Positions 48,531 to 60,849 of a DNA stretch of 64,000 nucleotides are shown here, piece after piece. This stretch comes from Mustelus asterias (Eukaryota). Under the pieces are notes generated by a model. It ran no database searches. It was given only the letters and a program-made list of their open reading frames with translations, and was not told the origin of the DNA. Position numbers and translations under genes: made by a program. The first letter of the stretch is position 1; every line of letters begins with the position of its first letter. Location of the stretch: positions 61,628,001-61,692,000 of the forward strand of contig NC_135807.1 in the NCBI RefSeq assembly GCF_964213995.1, given 5' to 3'.

Positions 48531-50091
48531 CAGGCTTGTCCAACCCTTTCACTTGGGAGAGGGGGCACGTTTCATTAAGGGGCTGATGAGCAAATTTTGG
48601 AAAAATAAGGGCTGGAATTTTCCAGCCGTTGTTGCTGCCAGCGAGGACGGAGAACTTGGCGCTCAGCCAAATCTTCGTTCACTGCAGCGGGACCAAGAAT
48701 TCCACTGGCATGAATGGCCGGAGAATTCCGGCCACGGTTTGACACAGCACTGAACATAAATTTCAAAATGGAGTTGTGGTATGAAGAAGAGAAACAACTT
48801 TCTCAAAAATAAAGCGATGCCAAGTCAATAAATTGGTAATTTAAAAAGAATAATTAATAAAGGTCACCATGAGTGAAATTTACTCACCATCACCACTTTT
48901 CCTCCCACAGTCCAAAGATGTGCGGGCCACATTGATTGGCCATTCTAAATTGCCCCTTAGTGTCCCGGGATGCATAGGTTAGAGGGGTTAGTGGGTAAAT
49001 ATGTAGGGATATGGGGATAGGGCCTGGGTGGGATTGTGGTCGATGCAGACTCGATGAGCCGAATGGCCTCTTTCTGCACTGTAGGGTTTCTATGATTTCT
49101 ATGATTCTATGAGAGTGTGAAAGGGGCAGACTCTGCTTGACTGGCTCACTCTAATTTATTGATGCTCATTCACTCACCCACACCCACTGTGTGAGTGGGT
49201 GTTATTGTGTGTTGCTGTATGGGAGCAAGGGTGAGTAGGAATCCTGAGACTGTGAGCAAGTCAGAGAACTGCACACATTCTCACAATCACTCGCTCTGTC
49301 TCTCACACACTCGCTCAATCACTTTCTGTCTCTCCCATAGTCTCTATCCCACACTCACTCACTCTCCCTCTCACACATTTTCTCTCTCTCATTCTCCCAC
49401 ACACACACTCTCTCTTCCACACATTCATTCTCTCTCAGTCTCTCCCACACATTAACTGGGATTTTCTGGCCCTGTCATAACGGAAACTGCCGCATGGGAT
49501 TCAGCGGCCCAGTCAAAAGTCCATTGATTTTTGGAAGGACTGGACGATTCCAGCGGCAGGCGAGGCTGGAAAAGCCTGCTCATTCTCTCTCTCTCTTTCC
49601 AAAGCACTCTCTCTCTCTCCTACACCCCCAGTCAGTCAGTCACTTCATCCTCACCCCGCTACCTTGGCTGTCCTCACCATCGCCTCCAGTCTCTTCCAGC
49701 AGGGTGTTCAGCCTCCTCCCTCTGGCCTGGTCCGACATGGCCCGGCAATCAGCCTCCTCCCCAGGCCTAGCCCGTCATGGCCTGGCAGTCAGCCTCCTCC
49801 CCAGGCCTGGCCCAGCCTGGCACGGCACAGCCGCGAGTCTGGTCAGTTATGGTAGCCAGCTGTCTCCCTGGCCTGGTAGCCACTCTCTCTCTTACCTACA
49901 CCACTTCTCCAGGTTGCTTCTCTTCCACATGTCTGCAGCAAACACAAGAGAGGAGTGACCTATGATTGGAGCAGCAGTTGCTTTCAATATCTTCCACTTC
50001 ACTTGCCAGCATTTTAAAAACTGCCTCCGGGGTCACAATGGGGGCTTTGAGGGTCACATGTGGCCCATGGGCTGCATGTTGGACAAGCCTG
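48531..50091. mobile_element. Non-autonomous hAT (Charlie-like) element with nested MITEs and HE1
   Basis: Perfect 14-bp TIR CAGGCTTGTCCAAC / GTTGGACAAGCCTG; subterminal CATGTGGCCCATGGGCTGCATG; TSD degenerate. Confidence 0.75.
48895..49112 (+). mobile_element. HE1 3' half
   Basis: TTCCTCCCACAGTCCAAAGATGTGCGGG...CTGTAGGGTTTCTATGATTTCTATGA. Confidence 0.9.
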
Positions 50092-51464
50092 GTGTAAAAG
50101 ATATAAAACAAAATCCCCGCATAATGGTAATCAAGTTTTAAATATATGCAGTTTGTTCCATTCTGAAACATCTATGCTTTATAATCTGCTTTGCTCTTTT
50201 CCACTGACTTTTATTAATATGCTTCATTTTATTTAATATCATTTTTGTTAAATTATAAAAATTGGAAGTAATATGAAATTGTACTTAATTTTTAATGTGA
50301 AAATATAGTAAGGAATTAATACAAATATTTCTTTTGTTGCTTAAGAAAGGCAGTTTGGGTTTAGCTCTTGGGGGAGAGCTGGTAGGAATTTGTGCAAATG
50401 ATTAAAATGATGACTTGTTTTGAATACTTTGTGCGCAGTATATTGCTGTATTAACAATATCCCTGTAATCTTGGTCCTTGGGCAGGGTGAAAGGATGGAA
50501 GAGATGTAGGTTGTTAATGTGTGTAGGAAAGGGATTGTTCAGTGAACCACTTTTACTGCCAAACTGCTCTGGCAGGATAGGTTGATGTTAGTGCCTCTCA
50601 CATCCTCACTGTTTTTAGTCTTATCTGTGGCATCTTCGCCATCTTGTTGAAGGTCATGACCCAATAATGGATCCATTTATTGTCTCTGCTGAAAATCAAA
50701 GTTAGGCAGTATGCAGCAAATCACAATGATACGGCACACACACTGCTGGGCTGTAATTGGAGGAATCAATGGCCCAGATTTTACATTTTCTGGATCGTTG
50801 GAGATGGACGTATGACCCAAGATGTGCATTGGAGTCCTGCTGAAGTCCCGAAATTCTGACCTCTTTGGGAAATGCCCAGGAGGCTTCAACATTTGATGGG
50901 CAATTCCCCTCCACAAATGTCCCCGGCTCTGAGTTAGAGTCTGAGACTTAAACAGTTCTGTGGGACTTAGTGAATGGTTACCTAGGAAAAGTTAAACACA
51001 AAAAGTCTTTGTTTAACTCCTAGGCAACTACTCAACTGAGCACCCAATCCTCACACTGACAAACCCCTAATCCCCCTTGCCACCCCTGACTTCCCTCTTG
51101 GTCTGCCTGACCTCCCAACTAACCCTCTGACCCCGAGTACCTTCTGATCACCCCTCCCATCCAACTGATTTACCCTCCACCAACACCCGTACTGGCCCCA
51201 ACTTGTCCCAACTTGACTGACGTGACTCCACCCCATATCATCTGAAAGCCCCCCTTGCCCCAAGACTGCACAATGAAAATTTGACGACTTGATTTGCTGA
51301 TGTGAAATCAGATTCACTGAATGGGGGAATATTCAAAGTAAACCAGCAAAGATCTGAAATTTAAAAAAAAAAATCACTCCAGGAAAGTATTTTGCCACTG
51401 GCACACATCACTGAAAGGAAATGAGCAGATTAGCCCTCTAAAGCATTGAATATCTTTTGAAACC

Positions 51465-53510
51465 TGCAGTTCTGCCACATCCAGCCATGAATGGTGGTGG
51501 ACAATTAAGCAGCTCACTGGAGGAGGAGGCTCCACAAATATCCCCATCCTCACTGACAGCAGGATACCCAGCACTTAAGTGCAAAGGACAAAACTGAAGC
51601 ACAGGCAAGCAATTTCAGCCAGGAGTGTTGAGTGGATAATCCATCTCGGCTTCCTCCTGAGGTTCTCAGCATCACAGGTGCCAGTCTTCAGTCAATTTGA
51701 TTCACTCCATTTGAAAGGCGGAAGGCACTTAATATTGTAAAATCTATGGACAACATCTCGACAATAGTATTGGCGCCTTGTGCTCCAGAACTAGAACATA
51801 CCCCTAGCTAAACTGTTCCAGGACAGCTACAATACTGGCACCTATACGACAATGTGGAAATTTCCGAGCTATGTTCTGTCCACAACAAATAGGACAACCC
51901 TAATCTGGTCAGTTACCAACCCATCAGCTTTCACTTGATCATCAATAAAGTGATGTAAAGTGTCATCAACAGTGCTCTTAAGTCACACTTACACTTCAAA
52001 ATCCATTCACTGATTCTCAGTTTGTGAGGTGAGGTGAGAAAGATTACTCTTGATATCAAGGTAGCAGTTGATCAAGTCTGACATCAAGCAGCCCTGGCAA
52101 AATATAAGAATCGAGAAAAACTCTTTAGAGTTAGGGCTGTAGCTAGCATAAAGGAAGATGGCTGCGATTGATGGAGGCCAATCATCTCAGTCGCAGCACA
52201 TTCCTGCAAGAGTTCCTAAAGAGTTCTAGGCTGAACCATCTTCAGCTGCTTCATCAATGACCTTCCCTCCATCATAAGGTCAGAAGTGGGAATGTTCGCT
52301 GATGATTGCACAATGTTCAGTGTCATTCACAACTCCTCAGATACTGAATTTGTCCATGTCCATATTGTTACAATCCCCGTAGAGACCGGTAACCTTAAAA
52401 AAGAACTTCAAATTTCCAGTTATTAGCTGAATGGATGACACAAGATTCCATGTTTTAAGACATTTATATAACAAGCAGACTAAAAACACTGTTGACTATT
52501 TTTACAGGTATCTTATACTTTAAATAAGTTTTAACACCACCAAAAAACCTACTATCAGGTATACACAACACTGTCCTTTAAGTAGATATTCAATGCTCCA
52601 AGAATCAGTCCAAAATGATTTGCAGCTTCCAAGGGTTTACTTCTGAAATTTCCTTGCCCAGCTTGGAAACTCTAAACTTCAGAATTTTCTTTCATGGTGC
52701 AAGTTTTCCTTGAAACTTCTCCCTCTAGCTAAAGCTAGGCAAATTTTCCACCCTCAATAAATCATTTTGGTCTTTCCTGTCTGAGCTTGAGCTCCTCCTG
52801 TATTCCTATTCACCAAAACAGGTCGACTTTTGGCTTTTAGCTGCTCCCTCACCCTGGCAGAAAAACTGTGTTGTGACTTTTTAGGGATATCTCAATAATG
52901 TTTATGTTCTCAAAGCCCATTTCCATGGCAATATGAATCACATTGGTGTTGCATTGAGGAAGTAATGCTGAATAGTTCCCTTGAAAGTCAACTCTCTTTT
53001 ATCTTGGAAGCAAATAGACAGTTTAAAACTGTTTTCACCTTAACATTCTCATCGCTTTTCTGACACTCTGTAGATTCTTGGTCTACTCACTGATAGCACA
53101 TTGGCTGCTGCCATTGTGCTCCCCTTAATCTCTAACAATCAAACCACCCAGCCTTGCTGTTAGGTAGACTCAGATGAGGTCACATGACTCCCTTCATTTT
53201 GCCTTAAATTAGAGACACAGTCCCAAAACATAACAATCTTATACACCTCATAAATGTAACAATATGCAGCAAGACTTGGCAAAATTCAGGCATGGGCTGA
53301 TCAATGAAAATTAACAATCCTGCCACACAAGTGCCAGGCATGACCATTTTTAACGAGAGATTCTAACTAACTCCCCTTGACATTCAAAGGCATTACCATT
53401 GCTGAATTTCCCACTGTCAACACCCTGGGAGTTACCATTGACCAGAAACTGAATTGGACCAGCTATATATAAGAGAAGGTCAAAGACTGGAAATTCTGAG
53501 GTGACTACCA
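51465..53510 (+). mobile_element. CR1-group LINE family B, split by solo LTR
   Basis: IFSCFINDLPSIIRSEVGMFADDCTMFS; GTCCATAT|GCAGCAAGAC rejoins across the insertion. Confidence 0.8.
52366..53261. mobile_element. Solo LTR (896 bp), gypsy-type
   Basis: Termini TGTTACA...TGTAACA, 4-bp TSD ATAT (52362-52365, 53262-53265). Confidence 0.85.
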
Positions 53511-54635
53511 CCTGTGATTTGTGTGTGGGTGTAAGAAGCAGTGCTGACTCATGTGGAAATATCCTTTGGGTCCTAAAGATGTCATCAGACTGTGATTTAA
53601 ATATATTCATTAGTCCTTTTTCCAGCAAGGGAGTTGGTACCCAAAATTGAGGGCCACACAAAATTTGTCTGAGATGGTAACTTGGCTAGATTTTAAAGTA
53701 TGTTTTTTTTATCAAATTGCCACCCTGTTCATGTTAAAATATTCGGCTGATGGGAGTTGAATATTGCTCCTTTTTATCTGCAGAGGGCTTGATATGGCAT
53801 TATTTAAAGATCTTTTTCAATAGATGTATTACATTGTGAAACACTTCTGAACTGCTCTCTTACATGCAGTTTTTCCCATGGTAGATTCATTGACTTACCG
53901 GTAAGTTTACCACCAAATATTTGAGAGAGTTTTACCTATTGTTAATGGCTGCTACTGTGCAGCACATTATTTCCAGCAAGACAAATGCTTACAGTTATCA
54001 GTTACCACCAAAAAAGCTGAATGATGTAATTGTGGGAACGATGGAAAATTAACCATCCTATTTCAGTTTTTCCCTTTTACAAATACAAGAGATCAACTTT
54101 ACCCTTGATTCCAAGTTTTTTGATTAGAAAGAATATATACTGCTAAAATCTTGGGTACTCTTGGAACAGGTTGGGAATCAATCTTGTCCTTGGTTACCCA
54201 GGACTCCAATGAAGTACTTTTCAATCTTTAGGAGTAGGAACATAGCCAGAGGAAAAGGAATTTCACTTGTTGAAACCCAGCCGCTACCCAGCCCTTTCAC
54301 CATCTCTCTCTACTGTACGTGGCCAGGTTTCTTGCTAGAACATGACTGGGCAGCTGTCCAATTCACTGACAGGAAGGGAAAATAAGGAAACAGTAGGTAA
54401 GTATATTTGCCACTCAAAGTAGCTGTTGATACCTACCAGAGGAAAATCTGCACCCGAGTGCTGAACATTTCACCTTAGGACTGTATTAACCTTTTAACTA
54501 TTGGCTCCCAAATAATGACAAGGGAACCTTATTTCATTCCCAGGAGCTTAGCTTTAAAACCTTCTAGGTCTTCTGTTCAGATCACTTTAAAATAAATTCA
54601 CATTCTGTAATGCTTAAACAGGCACTTATGTTACA

Positions 54636-55328
54636 AAACATAAGAACATAAGAACATAAGAAATAGGAGCAGGAGTAGGCCATCTAGCCCCTCGAGCCTG
54701 CCCTGCCATTCAATAAGATCATGGCTGATCTGACGTGGATCAGTACCACTTACCCGCCTGATCCCCATAACCCTTAATTCCCTTACCGATCAGGAATCCA
54801 TCCATCCGCGCTTTAAACATATTCAGCGAGGTAGCCTCCACCACCTCAGTGGGCAGAGAATTCCAGAGATTCACCACCCTCTGGGAGAAGACGTTCCTCC
54901 TCAACTCTGTCTTAAATCGACCCCCCTTTATTTTGAGGCTGTGTCCTCTAGTTTTAACTTCCTTACTAAGTGGAAAGAATCTCTCCGCCTCCACCCTATC
55001 CAGCCCCCGCATTATCTTATAAGTCTCCATAAGATCCCCCCTCATCCTTCTAAACTCCAACGAGTACAAACCCAATCTCCTCAGCCTCTCCTCATAATCC
55101 AAACCCCTCATCTCCGGTATCAACCTGGTGAACCTTCTCTGCACTCCCTCCAATGCCAAAATATCCTTCCTCATATAAGGGGACCAATACTGCACACAGT
55201 ATTCCAGCTGCGGCCTCACCAATGCCCTGTACAGGTGCATCAAGACATCCCTGCTTTTATATTCTATCCCCCTCGTGATATAGGCCAACATCCCATTTGC
55301 CTTCTTGATCACCTGTTGTACCTGCAGA
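54636..55328 (-). mobile_element. Young HER1/CR1 3' end with (TTCTTATG)n tail
   Basis: Uninterrupted 190-aa ORF 54740-55312 with LVRPQLEYCVQYWSP, RRMRGDL, TRGHSLKI. Confidence 0.93.
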
Positions 55329-55389
55329 CTGTTGCTGGTTCTTTAAACAATTGCTATTTAAAGAACCAGAGAGAATATATAATATATTA

Positions 55390-56050
55390 TGGGGAGACAG
55401 TAGCGCAGTGGTATTATTGCTGGAACAAATAATCCAAAGACCCAGGTTAATGCTCTGGGGACCTGTGTTTGAATCCCACCATGGCAGGCGGTGGAATTTA
55501 AACTCAATAAAACATCTGGAATTAAAAGTCTAATGATGACCATGAAACTATTGTCGATTGTCATTAAAATCCATCTGGTTCACTAATGTCCTTTAGGGAA
55601 GGAAACCTGCTGTCCTGGTCTGGCCTACATGTGACTCCAGATCCACAGCAATGTGGCTGACTCTTAAATGCCCTCTGAAATGTCCTAGCAAATCACTCAG
55701 TTGTATTCAACTGCTGTGAAGAAAACACAAAGTAATGAAACTGGATGGACCATCCAGCATCGACCTAGGCACCGGAAATGACAGCAGCAAACCCAGCCTT
55801 GTCAACCCTGCAAGGTCCTCCTTCCCACCATTTAGAAGGACAAGAGTAGCAGATGCTTGGCAACACCACCACCTGGAGGTTTCCCTCCAAACCACTCACC
55901 ATCCTGATTTAGTGCCTTCATTGTTACTGGGAGTGTACCTACACGTCAGTAACTGTAACGGTTCAAGGGGGCAGCTCACCACCACAAGGATGGGCAACGA
56001 ATGCTGGCCTAGCCAGTGATGCCCACAAACTACAAAATGAATTTTAAAAA
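55390..56050 (+). mobile_element. tRNA-headed retroposon ending in LINE family B 3' sequence
   Basis: A box TAGCGCAGTGG and B-box-like TGTTTGAATCC; 55823-56045 matches family B 3' ends at 5115-5180 and 5600-5690. Confidence 0.65.
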
Positions 56051-56093
56051 AAATCTATGTATCCATAGATAGAAAACTCTTGCAAAATTTTTT

Positions 56094-57201
56094 GGGGGCG
56101 ATTCTCCCATCCCGCTGCATTGATTTATTAGCGCAGCGGGCCAGGAGAATCATGTACAGGGTGATTCATGGGGTTCCTGTGAACATTCACACCGTGCTAG
56201 CCACTATCCCAGCGCCGGATTTCTGATGCAGTCTGTTCCGTGCCGGAAATTGGTGGGGAGGCGGGGCTAGTATTTAAATGATGTTTTAAATATCATTCAA
56301 TGCTATTAGTGGGCAAGGGACTGAATTCTTCAGGCCCGCTAGCCTCTCCCACCCTGCCAGAGTGTTTCACTCCGGTGGTGTTTAGAGTAGCTTCAACTTT
56401 CGGGGAGCTGGTGGCCTGATCCCCCTGGAGGGAAGGGGGGCAATCAGGTCTCCCCAGGGGTCAGGTGGCAGGGGTTGGTGCCCCCGGGCATGGGCACCTG
56501 GGCAGTGCCAGCCTGGGCCCCCTGGCACTGCCCAAGGGGCAAAGTGCCCATGCCCAAGGGACACCTTGGCACTGTCCATGGGGCAGCGTCAAGGATGTAG
56601 GGCATATGGAAAGTGGGGCCAAGGGGACGATCAGTGGGGATGGGGGTCCCACTGCCACTCTGCAAATAGGTCGGATGGGGGCAGAAGGGAGCCAGTGATC
56701 AGGGCAGGTTGGGTGGGTATCTGCCGGGGGTGGGGTCTGCGGGAGAGGGGGGTCTGCCTACAGGGGTGTGTGCACTGCAAGGGGTGGGGAGGATTGGCAT
56801 TCTGGGGGGGGGGGGGAGGGGGGCGCGGGGGGGAGTGGGGGCTGGAGATCGGGGCGGTCCGGGACAGGGGGGGCTGTCGAGGCTGGCCCAGGAATTGTCG
56901 GGGGGGGGTCCACGATCGGGCTGTCATGGAATTGGGGAGGCAGCACTGTGGGGGTCCCAGGCTGGCCAGCGGTCGAGCTGGCCAGCAAACAGGAGGCTGA
57001 CAGTTCGGGAGTTCCGGAACTGTTAGCCTCCCGGGCGGGAATAGGTCCCGCCCCCTGAAATTTAATGATATTCGCGCTGGTGGCCTCTGCAGTGCACAGC
57101 GTGTGGGAGATTCTAGTGTGAACTCCCACTGAAAAAAAACAGCTTCAATTACTCCAATTTTCCCACAAATTCGACGCTTAGAATTTTTTGGGGAGAATTC
57201 T
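56094..57201. mobile_element. GC-rich non-autonomous TIR element related to 45665-46813
   Basis: Ends GGGGCGATTCTCCC / GGGAGAATTC; shares CAGCACTGTGGGGGTCCCAGGCTGGCCAGCG and CTGCAGTGCACAG with 46588-46720. Confidence 0.7.
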
Positions 57202-57271
57202 GTCCTTTGTAATGAAAATTTAAAAATCATATTTTGGCTTGTGTTTCTCTTTCCTTCCCATTCTTTTTTTC

Positions 57272-60250
57272 TTCCACCACCTCCTCTGGCAGCGTGTTCC
57301 AGGCACCCACCACTCTCTGCATGAAAAACGTCCCTCGCACTTCCTTCCTTGGAAAAAGCCTCCCAGCTATCAACCCTGTCTATGCCTCTCATAATTTTGT
57401 CGACCTCTATCAGGTTTCCCCTCAGCCTCCGTCTTTCCAGTGAAAACGATCCTAGTTTATTCAACTTCTCCTCATTGCCAATGCTTTTGAGACCAGGCAA
57501 CATCCTGGTGAATCTTCTTTGCACTCTCTCCAAAGCTTCCACGTCATTCTGGTAGTGTGGTGACCAGAACTGCACACAATACTCCAAATGTGGCCTAATC
57601 AAGGTTTTGTCTAGCTGCAACATGACATATGGTTTCTTAATCACCTTGATTACCTGTGTTGCCACTTTTAGGGAACTGTGGACTTACATGTCCAGATCCT
57701 GCTGTATGTAAATGTTCCTAACGGTTCTGGCATTTACAATAGAATTCACACCTAAATTTGATCCTCCAAAATGCCTCACCTCGCATTTGTTCATATTAAA
57801 CTCTATCTGCTATTTCTGTGCCCATGTCTCCAATCTATCTATATCCTGTAGTATCCTTTGACAATCGCTGGCACTATTGGCAACTCCACCAATCTTTATG
57901 TCATTTGCAAACTTACTAATCAGACCTCCCACACTTTCCTCCAGATCATTTACAAACAACAGAGGTCCCAGCACTGATCCCTGCGGAACACCATTGGCTA
58001 CAGATCTCCATTCTGAAAGCACCCTTTCACCGCTACTCATTGTCTCCTATGACCAAAATGCACCACAATTCTGTATTTATCTAGCCAGCCCACCCCAAAT
58101 CCCGTGATTTTAGTTTTGGTATCAATCTGCCATGTGGGACCTTGTCAAACACCTTACTAAAGTCCATATAAACTACATCCACAGCCCTTCCCTCATCAAT
58201 TATCTTTGTCACCTCTTCAAAAAACTCAATCAAGTTGGTGAGACATGACCTTCCCCGGACAAAACCATTCCGCCTGTCACTTACGAGTCCATTTTCTTCC
58301 AATTGTGCAAATATCCTGTCTCTCGTTACATTCGCCAAAATCTTCCTCACCACTTGTGTCAGGCTCACTGGCCTACAATTTCCTGAATTATCCCCGCTTC
58401 CTTTCTTAAACAAGGGAACAACATTGGCTATTCTCCAGTCCAGGAACCTCACCTGTGGTCAAAGAGGATATGAAGATATCTGTGAAGGCCCAGCTATTTC
58501 TCCCCTTGCCTCCCGAAGTAACCTGGGATAGATCCCATCTGGCCCCGCGACTTGTCTACCTTAATGCAATTTAGAATACTCAAGACTTCCTCCTTCGATA
58601 TATTGACATTCTCCAGAGCGTTCACACACCTATTCCTGACCTCAATATCCGTCATGTCCTTCTCCTTAGAAAATAGTACTAAGGCTCTCAATCACTTCCT
58701 GTGGCTCCACACATAACCTCCCTCCATTGTCCTTGAGTGGGCCTACTCTTTCTGTTGCTACCCTCTTGCTCCTAATATATGCATAAGAAGCCTTGCGATT
58801 CTCCTTGATCTTGTTTGCTAAAGACATTTTATGGCCCCTTTTAGCTCCCTAAATCCACATTTAAGTTCCTTCCTACTTTCACTGTACTCTTCAAGAGCTT
58901 CGTCAGTTTTTAGATGCCTCGACCTATCATATGCTTCCTTTTTCCTTTTGACTAAGCTTACAATTTCCCTTGTCATCCATAGTTCCTGAATCCTGCCATT
59001 TCTACCCTTCATTTTTACGGGGACATTCTTGTCCTGCACTTCAATCAGCTGGCCTTTAAAAGCCTCCCCCATGCCGGACGTGGATTTGCCTTCAAACAGC
59101 TGCTCCCAATCCAAATTCACCGGTTCCCATCTAATTTGGATGTAATTGGCCCTCGCCCAATTTAGCACTCTCACCCGAGGGCCACTCTTATCCTTATCCA
59201 TGACTACCCAAAATTTTATGGAATTATGGTTGCTATCCCAAAATCCTCCCCCACTGAAACATTGATCACCTGGCCTGGCTCATTCCCCAATACCAAGTCT
59301 AGTATTGCTCCCTCCCTGGTTGTCTTGTCAACATACTGTCTCAAAAAGCCCTCCTGGACACATCTAACAAATTGCTTTCCATCTGAGCCCCTGGTTGTAA
59401 GGGAGTCCCAGTCAATATGGAAGAAGTTAAAGTCACCCACCACAACTACCCTGCTTTTATCAGACCTTTTCAGTATCTGACTACACAACTGCTCCTCTGT
59501 CTCCTGTGGGCTATTGGGAGGTCTATAGTACACTCCCAACATTGTGATTTCACCCTTCTTATTCTTGAGCTCCACCCATAATGCCTCACTACAAGATCCC
59601 TCCAATGTCTCCTCCCTCAACACAGCTGTGATGTGTTCCCTAATCAGCTATACAATCCCATGCCCCTTTTGTTTCCCCTTCTGTTCTTTCTAAATCGACA
59701 ATATCCTGGAATGTTAAGCTGCCAGTGCTGTCCCTCCTTTGACCATGTTTCCGTAATTGCGATAACATCGTAATTCCATGCAGTAATCCAGGCTCTCAGT
59801 TCATCTGTCTTACCTGTCATACTTCTTGCATTGAAACAAATGCACTCCAGAACTCCAGTCCCACCGAGCCCCGCGGCTCCCCTCTGCCTGCACTTACTCT
59901 CTGTTATGTTTATCTCAGTCTCACTTTTTTCCCCAGTCCCTACACTTATTGGCCTGCTGTTCCGGTTCTTACTCCCCTGCCACACTAGTTTAAACCCTCC
60001 CGAACAGCATTGGCAAACCTCCCGCCCAGGATATTGGTGCCCCTCCAGTTCAGGTGCAACCCCTCCTTCTTTACAGGTCCAGCCTTCCCCAGAAAACATC
60101 CCAGCGATCCATATATCTAAAGCACTCCCTCCGACACCAGCTCTTTAGCCATGTGTTCAACATTACCATCTCCCTGTTCCAAGCCTCACTAGCACGTGGC
60201 ATGTGGAGTAATCCTGAGATCACTATGCTAGAGGTCCTGCTTTTTAGCTC
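57272..60250 (-). mobile_element. ~3 kb decayed CR1 LINE: ORF1 esterase C-terminus plus ORF2 endonuclease and RT
   Basis: LHLNWRGTNILGGRF (ORF1), CFNARS...IAITETW, GVYYRPP, VGDFNF, ILDLVL (APE), [35 protein letters not shown] (RT); many frameshifts. Confidence 0.92.
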
Positions 60251-60849
60251 CTGAGAGCAGTGTGCCTAAATTGAAGACAGTTGGAGATTGTCTAAAAAGA
60301 AATAGAAGACACAGTTGGAAAGTGTCTAAATAAAAAACTGCATTATAGATGTGGAGGCTGAAGGACTCTACCGGGACATGAGGATGTTCATTGGCAGACC
60401 TGATCGAACGCAGAGTCAAGGAACCGAGCTAGATCAAAAAGGCTGTTCAAAATTCAAAACAGGAGAAAAAGGTTGAAAGGCAGCAAACAAATTCACTGTG
60501 CAGATGGAAAGCCAGGCCTGATTGGATGTGGAGGCAAATTCAAAGGAGTTAACCAAATCACAATAGTCGAATAAAAAAGAAAAAAGGGCGAAAATATAGA
60601 ATAATCCACTGTGCAGATGAAAAGAAGACCGTACATAAAAGCAGAGTCAAGAGACTTAGCCAAATCACAGTAGGGTGAGCAAAGAAAATACAATTAAAAA
60701 ACTACTTTTTAAAATAGACAACCATCTGGATCAATGCATCCAGAGTGCAGCTGGAGTGAGGGTCTCAGCTGACACTGTAATGCAACGAAGCTGAGCTGAA
60801 TTGAAATAAGAAATTTAAAAATCAGAAGGCAGAAAAAAAATCTCTTTCC

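Noticed and set aside
56631-57665. 344-aa minus-strand ORF resembling an RT-proline-rich fusion
   Set aside because: Chance read-through from a decayed CR1 into a GC-rich TIR element
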